Position numbers and translations under genes: made by a program | The notes under the pieces: model-generated | What the model saw: only the letters and a program-made list of their open reading frames with translations | Told to the model about the DNA's origin: nothing | Databases searched by the model: none | Part shown: in pieces, positions 58,626-64,000 of the stretch | Layout: each line of letters starts with the position of its first letter | Position numbering within the stretch: position 1 is the first letter of the stretch | Origin: an uncultured Candidatus Saccharibacteria bacterium | GTDB lineage: Bacteria; Patescibacteriota; Minisyncoccia; Phycocordibacterales; UBA2100 | DNA: 64,000 bases | NCBI GenBank assembly: GCA_964399865.1 | Contig: CAYNRJ010000001.1 | Location: forward strand, 138,050-202,049 | Direction: 5' to 3'

Positions 58626-60359
58626 TCATCGGTCTGGTGGAATTTCGTAGTAGTTAATTAGGAACTTTGTGATGTCGAGAAATGGCCTCGCGAGCGACGC
58701 TGACGCAAACTCAACACCCTTTGGTTCTATCGCGAACAAAAACACGATGTACTCGGGGTCATGCGCAGGGAAATAACCGAAGAATGAGTGGAGGTACCTG
58801 TCTGGCGAGTAACCGCTTGAGCCTGGTACCGCAATCTGTGCTGTGCCTGTTTTTGCAGCAATCGAATAATGCTCCTGCTTTAACTCACCCTTAAGGAGTG
58901 CCGTATCGAATACCTTTACGAGCATATCAGTGACGGCTTGGGTGGACTCGGGTTTAAATACAATCCTACTCTCCTTTGGAACGACGGAACGAGTAATCCC
59001 GCTTTCGAGGCGAACTGCAGAAACAATATGTGGTGATGGAAGTGCGCCCCCATTTGCGAGGGTGGCGAGCGCTCTTGTGATTGCTACAGCCGAAACCGCA
59101 ATTCCTTGCCCAAAGCCTGCTGAGGAGTAATCAACGTCGTAGCCGTCATCGATGGCCCGTATATTACCCGTCGCCTCATTCGGGAGCTCTATGCCGGTTT
59201 CTTCACCAAGAGCAAGCGCCTTCACATATTTTCCAAACACCTCATGACCCATTTTATCAACTATGAAAGAAACACCGAGGTTAAGGGATTGATTTAATAC
59301 CTCTTGCATATTGACGCGATCACGCGCCTTCTTGTCGTGGTTACAAATAGTCTCTCCACTTTTTTCAATGCAGCCACGATCCACGTATGTAGTTTCGGGA
59401 GTCACCGCCCCTGCATCGATACCAGCAGCCATGGTTAGAGGCTTCATGATCGAACCCATTTCGTAAATACCTTCCACAAGAAGATTGGTGAATACACCGG
59501 GATCACTCTCGGTGTTGTACGTATTCGGATCAAATCCTGGTCGAACACCCATTGCGACGATCGCGCCGGTCCTTGGATCCATGATGATCCCTCCGGCAAT
59601 CTTCGGGGAGTATGCGCTCATCACCTGTTCAAGTGTTTCTTCTAGACGCGCTTCCACAAGAGGTTCTATAGTAGTAATGATACTTCCCTGCTGGGCAGCC
59701 GGGTCTGAAAACGCCGCTCCGATATTTGTAAATATTTCTGCAAACGGATTTACGTAAAGGCCCGACGAGGTTCGCGATAACGTAGCCTCCCAGGACCTCT
59801 CCAATCCATAGACCCCAACCCTTTTGTCACCCTGAAATCCCACGAAGCCGAGCACGTGTGCTGCAACTTCTCCTGCGGGGTAATATCTCCACTGATCGCG
59901 TACGAGTACAACTCCTGGCAATTTCTTTGCGCGTATCTTATCCGCCGCCTCGTCAGAAATACGGAATGCGACCTCTTCGTAGGGGTCATTCTTTTTTGCG
60001 GCGCTTGCAAAGAATCGAGTGCTATCGATCGCTGTCTCAGCGGCAAGCGCATCAAATGTCATCTGCGCATCGCTTATGTTCTTTGGCGCAATTGCGATCC
60101 TCCAACCCGCCTGCATAACTGCGCCAGCGACCGCAGTACCATCCTTCTTTGAGAAAGATATATTACCGCGATCAATAATCTGATTTCCCGTTTCGACTAC
60201 ATACTGAGCAGCAGCGTCATTTCTATATTCTTGGCCTCGAACAATCTGCACAAAATATAACCTTACCGTAAGGAGTACGGCAATGAGAATGAATATGGCA
60301 GAGAGGAGCCGCGCACGCACTACTATCTTAGATTTCATTCGTGCTAATTGTAGCAGCAC
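58626..60359 (-). CDS. ftsI: Penicillin-binding protein 2/FtsI-type transpeptidase.
   Basis: N-terminal TM anchor, PBP dimerisation domain and a transpeptidase with SxxK (GSIMK), SxN and KTG (AKTGTA) motifs. 577 aa. Confidence 0.85.
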   Translation of the reverse strand: MLLQLARMKSKIVVRARLLSAIFILIAVLLTVRLYFVQIVRGQEYRNDAAAQYVVETGNQIIDRGNISFSKKDGTAVAGAVMQAGWRIAIAPKNISDAQMTFDALAAETAIDSTRFFASAAKKNDPYEEVAFRISDEAADKIRAKKLPGVVLVRDQWRYYPAGEVAAHVLGFVGFQGDKRVGVYGLERSWEATLSRTSSGLYVNPFAEIFTNIGAAFSDPAAQQGSIITTIEPLVEARLEETLEQVMSAYSPKIAGGIIMDPRTGAIVAMGVRPGFDPNTYNTESDPGVFTNLLVEGIYEMGSIMKPLTMAAGIDAGAVTPETTYVDRGCIEKSGETICNHDKKARDRVNMQEVLNQSLNLGVSFIVDKMGHEVFGKYVKALALGEETGIELPNEATGNIRAIDDGYDVDYSSAGFGQGIAVSAVAITRALATLANGGALPSPHIVSAVRLESGITRSVVPKESRIVFKPESTQAVTDMLVKVFDTALLKGELKQEHYSIAAKTGTAQIAVPGSSGYSPDRYLHSFFGYFPAHDPEYIVFLFAIEPKGVEFASASLARPFLDITKFLINYYEIPPDR

Positions 60360-60672
60360 CTACCGTGCCCGGCCTGTGTACATACTGAGTATTTGAAACA
60401 GGCGAAAGCCCAAGGCGTGCACCTTCCCCTGGCTTTATTGCGGCTGCCGCGGCGTAATAATCTCTCTCTAGAAGAGCGACGGAGCTACCAAGCGACGCCA
60501 TGTGTGATACAGCTTCTTTTCTAGCAATCACATTAAGTACAGATGCGCTCACAAAGTACATGTATGCGACTATAAGTACGAAAAGGATAGCGATTAGGGC
60601 GCGAAACAATACTTTTTCAGCTGTATGTTCGGAAGTAAGCGAAAAGGTTGCGCTCTTCCCTGAAAATTTCAT
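60328..60672 (-). CDS. Small single-TM protein in the FtsL position of the dcw cluster.
   Basis: Bitopic protein between rsmH and ftsI. Start chosen at M20 (MKFSGKS). Assignment is by position only. Confidence 0.35.
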   Translation of the reverse strand: MKFSGKSATFSLTSEHTAEKVLFRALIAILFVLIVAYMYFVSASVLNVIARKEAVSHMASLGSSVALLERDYYAAAAAIKPGEGARLGLSPVSNTQYVHRPGTVGAATISTNEI

Positions 60673-60741
60673 TGAGCCCTGAAAGACTGAGGGCTTATAT
60701 TTACTGATTTTTAATATTCTTGACCCCATATTGTATTTACT

Positions 60742-61707
<966 letters not shown>

Positions 61708-61744
61708 GACGTTTATGCATTCCTCTAGCTATCCCGTGCAGCCA

Positions 61745-62188
61745 TTAGATAACTCCTATCTCTCCGAGCTTCTCAGCGATCGAATCGGCCTGTTTCTCGA
61801 TTCGTGCTTTGTAGCTCTTCCAGGCAGCTGCATCCCATATCTCGACCCGATTGGACACACCAGCAAAAACGATCGAACGCTTGAGCGATGCGAACACTTT
61901 GTGGTGATCCGAAATAAGAATGCGGCCAGCACTGTCTGGCTCTAATTCGACCGCGCTTGAAAAAAGAAATCGACTGAAATCGCGAGTGTCTGCTTTCGTG
62001 TAAGACACATCACGTAGATTCTCTATCGCTTTCTCCCATCCTTCGCGTGGAAACACGAACAAACAATTATCCAAGCCATGCGTCAGGATCATCTTTTTTC
62101 CAAGTGAATCTCTGAATGCTTTCGGCAAAGAAACTCGCTTCTTTTCGTCGAGCGTGTGTTCGTATTCCCCAATGAATATACCTGCCAT
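61745..62188 (-). CDS. mraZ: Transcriptional regulator MraZ.
   Basis: Duplicated SpoVT/AbrB-like MraZ domains (DEKKRVSLP ... DSAGRILI). 147 aa. Confidence 0.85.
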   Translation of the reverse strand: MAGIFIGEYEHTLDEKKRVSLPKAFRDSLGKKMILTHGLDNCLFVFPREGWEKAIENLRDVSYTKADTRDFSRFLFSSAVELEPDSAGRILISDHHKVFASLKRSIVFAGVSNRVEIWDAAAWKSYKARIEKQADSIAEKLGEIGVI

Positions 62189-62332
62189 AGTTTCCCACTC
62201 TATCCCACTGGAATAAAGTATATACCACTATACCCCACCACAAGACAGTTATCCACACGAAAAATGGTTGATAACGTGGGAGCGCGTCTGGAACGGAAAA
62301 AACACAAAGAATGTGCTAAAATCTGCCTTACT

Positions 62333-63922
62333 ATGCCTCGGATCTTCAAGACCGCTGACGCAGAAACACTGGATGGAATAGCGGAGGAGATGCGAGTTCG
62401 GGAGACCAAGCATTTCGTTCTCTTATTCTCGATGGGAAGTCAGTTTGACCACCTCATCGTTCAGCAGTTGGCGAAACTCGGCGTCTATTGCATCGTCGCC
62501 GACCCAGCAGAGGTAAAGGCTGCAGATGTGAAGAAGGCAAACCCTTCAGGCATCATCGTCTCCGGCGGTCCCGCTTCTGTCTTTAATGAGCCGCCGCCCT
62601 TTGATGGAAAGATCTTTGATCTCGGTATCCCAACACTAGGCGTTTGTCTTGGATTCCAGATGTGGGCAAAGCATGTCGGTGCAAAAGTAACTCCACAGAA
62701 GAAACGTGAGTTCGGCGTTCATACCTTTTCTATTACAAAAGACAATCCTCTTTTTGATGGCATCTCAAAACAGACTGAGGTATTAGAGAGCCACGGAGAC
62801 GCGATCGAGCCGAGTGCAAACATAGAGGTACTTGGAACGACAGACAATGCTCCGGTCGCAGCCGGTAATTCTGGTCACCTTTGGGGAGTGCAGTTCCATC
62901 CCGAAGTAACTGACACGGTAGAGGGTGCAAAATTGTATGATAATTTCTGCGGAAAGATCTGCGGAATCACAGACCGATTCCCTGCAGAGAATGTCGCGAA
63001 AAAGAGAGTTGCTGAGCTAAAAGAGAAAGTTGGTGGAAAAAAAGTGCTTATCGCTCTGTCAGGCGGTTCGGATTCGTCGGTCGTCGCCTACTTATTGAAA
63101 GATGCAGGCGCAGAACTGAAGGGTGTGTATATTCGTGGTATAGATCGCCCAGACGATGAAGCGTACGTGCAGAAATACTTTGGCTCACAGAATTGGATCG
63201 ACGTAGAAGTGGTTGACGCTACTGCCCTGTTCCTGGACGCACTTCGTGGCAAAACTGCGATGCGCGAAAAGCGTCTCGCAATGCGAGGTGTCTACAAAGA
63301 TGTGCTTGAAGAGAAGATAAAAGAATTCGGCGCAGATTTTATTGCACAAGGTACGCTCTACACCGACCTTCGAGAAAGCGGCCACGGGCACGCTACTGGC
63401 GCACGCGTTGCTGAGATCAAAGTACACCACAACACGGGTATTGAATTCTCCGTGCCAGAGGTTCGTCCTCTTGAGGATCAAGTGAAAGATTCAGCTCGAT
63501 CAATCGGTCGTGAGCTTGGTGTTCCCGAAGACCTTATCGTTCGTCACCCATTCCCTGGCCCAGGACTTGTCGTACGCATCGAAGGAGAGGTTACAGCAGA
63601 GAAGCTTCACACGGCACGCGCGATTGATGGCATATATATAGAAGAGCTTCGAGCCGCACACCTGTACGAATCTGTCTGGCAAGCTGGAGCTGTCGTTACC
63701 CTTTCCGAACACACGGTCTCTAAAGGAGATGATGCTGGATTAGGCCACGTCGTCGCCCTGTGGGCAGTTTGGAGCGTAAATGGCTTTACCGCACGCTTCG
63801 CACAGCTACCCTACGACTTTCTAGACAAAGTCTCCCGCCGCATAACAAATGAAGTTCGCGAGGTCGGCTCTGTCGTCTATCGAATCTCTGATAAGCCACC
63901 GACTACAATTGAATGGGGATGA
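62333..63922 (+). CDS. guaA: GMP synthase (glutamine-hydrolysing).
   Basis: N-terminal class I GATase (catalytic Cys in GVCLGFQ and His-Pro-Glu in VQFHPEV), then a PP-loop ATP pyrophosphatase (SGGSDSSV) and a C-terminal dimerisation domain. Start chosen at MPRIFK by alignment to canonical GuaA N-termini. ATGs at 62264 or 62156 are alternatives. Confidence 0.85.
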   Translation: MPRIFKTADAETLDGIAEEMRVRETKHFVLLFSMGSQFDHLIVQQLAKLGVYCIVADPAEVKAADVKKANPSGIIVSGGPASVFNEPPPFDGKIFDLGIPTLGVCLGFQMWAKHVGAKVTPQKKREFGVHTFSITKDNPLFDGISKQTEVLESHGDAIEPSANIEVLGTTDNAPVAAGNSGHLWGVQFHPEVTDTVEGAKLYDNFCGKICGITDRFPAENVAKKRVAELKEKVGGKKVLIALSGGSDSSVVAYLLKDAGAELKGVYIRGIDRPDDEAYVQKYFGSQNWIDVEVVDATALFLDALRGKTAMREKRLAMRGVYKDVLEEKIKEFGADFIAQGTLYTDLRESGHGHATGARVAEIKVHHNTGIEFSVPEVRPLEDQVKDSARSIGRELGVPEDLIVRHPFPGPGLVVRIEGEVTAEKLHTARAIDGIYIEELRAAHLYESVWQAGAVVTLSEHTVSKGDDAGLGHVVALWAVWSVNGFTARFAQLPYDFLDKVSRRITNEVREVGSVVYRISDKPPTTIEWG

Positions 63923-64000
63923 ACCGTGCGGGGCACGATTCATCTGGCGTTGAATCCAAACTTTTCTTGTTGATATAACGGGAGCGTTGCTACCGTTGAA

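Overview
This 64-kb window looks like a core chromosomal segment of a small-genome bacterium. Background GC is about 47-48% by eye, with many 4-nt ATGA gene overlaps. I guess a Patescibacteria/CPR-like organism from gene content and compactness.

Recognised core genes:
- Chaperones: dnaK (5'-truncated by the window edge) and dnaJ, separated by a DUF1653 gene and an ABC exporter.
- Aminoacyl-tRNA synthetases: trpS, aspS (class IIb), gltX, cysS and leuS.
- Cell-wall and division genes: scpAB, a D-Ala-D-Ala carboxypeptidase, mraY, ftsW, murG, an M23 peptidase and a Ctp protease. mraZ-rsmH-ftsL-ftsI sit separately on the minus strand.
- An F1Fo ATP synthase operon (atpBEFHAGDC) on the minus strand.
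- rpmA, rplI, ychF, ahcY next to a PfkB kinase, lexA-dinB, one tRNA-Glu(CUC) and guaA.

Observations most worth a second look:
1. LeuS carries an intact Nudix-hydrolase domain inserted after a shortened CP1 editing domain.
2. Two extra genes sit inside the ATP synthase operon: a glycine-loop hypothetical between atpA and atpG, and a stand-alone Nudix between atpG and atpD. atpH is N-terminally shortened.
3. A translationally coupled unit (5609-9671) encodes a DUF2156-like protein, a DMT permease, a Cys-rich anchored protein and an orphan multi-TM histidine kinase.
4. An accessory patch (about 20.8-26.8 kb) has mixed composition, a PD-(D/E)xK-like gene in an AT-rich islet, and 450-bp and 840-bp non-coding stretches full of short repeated motifs.
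5. Several GC-rich islets (58-63% GC) encode small secreted or unknown proteins and are bracketed by GC hairpins. One has a PRTase-like gene flanked by two near-identical hairpin copies and preceded by a 37-aa hydrophobic peptide ORF with a perfect SD.
6. An ArsR-family gene is bracketed by 35-36-bp direct repeats next to tRNA-Glu.
7. A lexA-dinB pair has a Cheo-type LexA box that argues for a downstream ATG as the true lexA start.

No CRISPR array, rRNA, transposase or integrase was seen.
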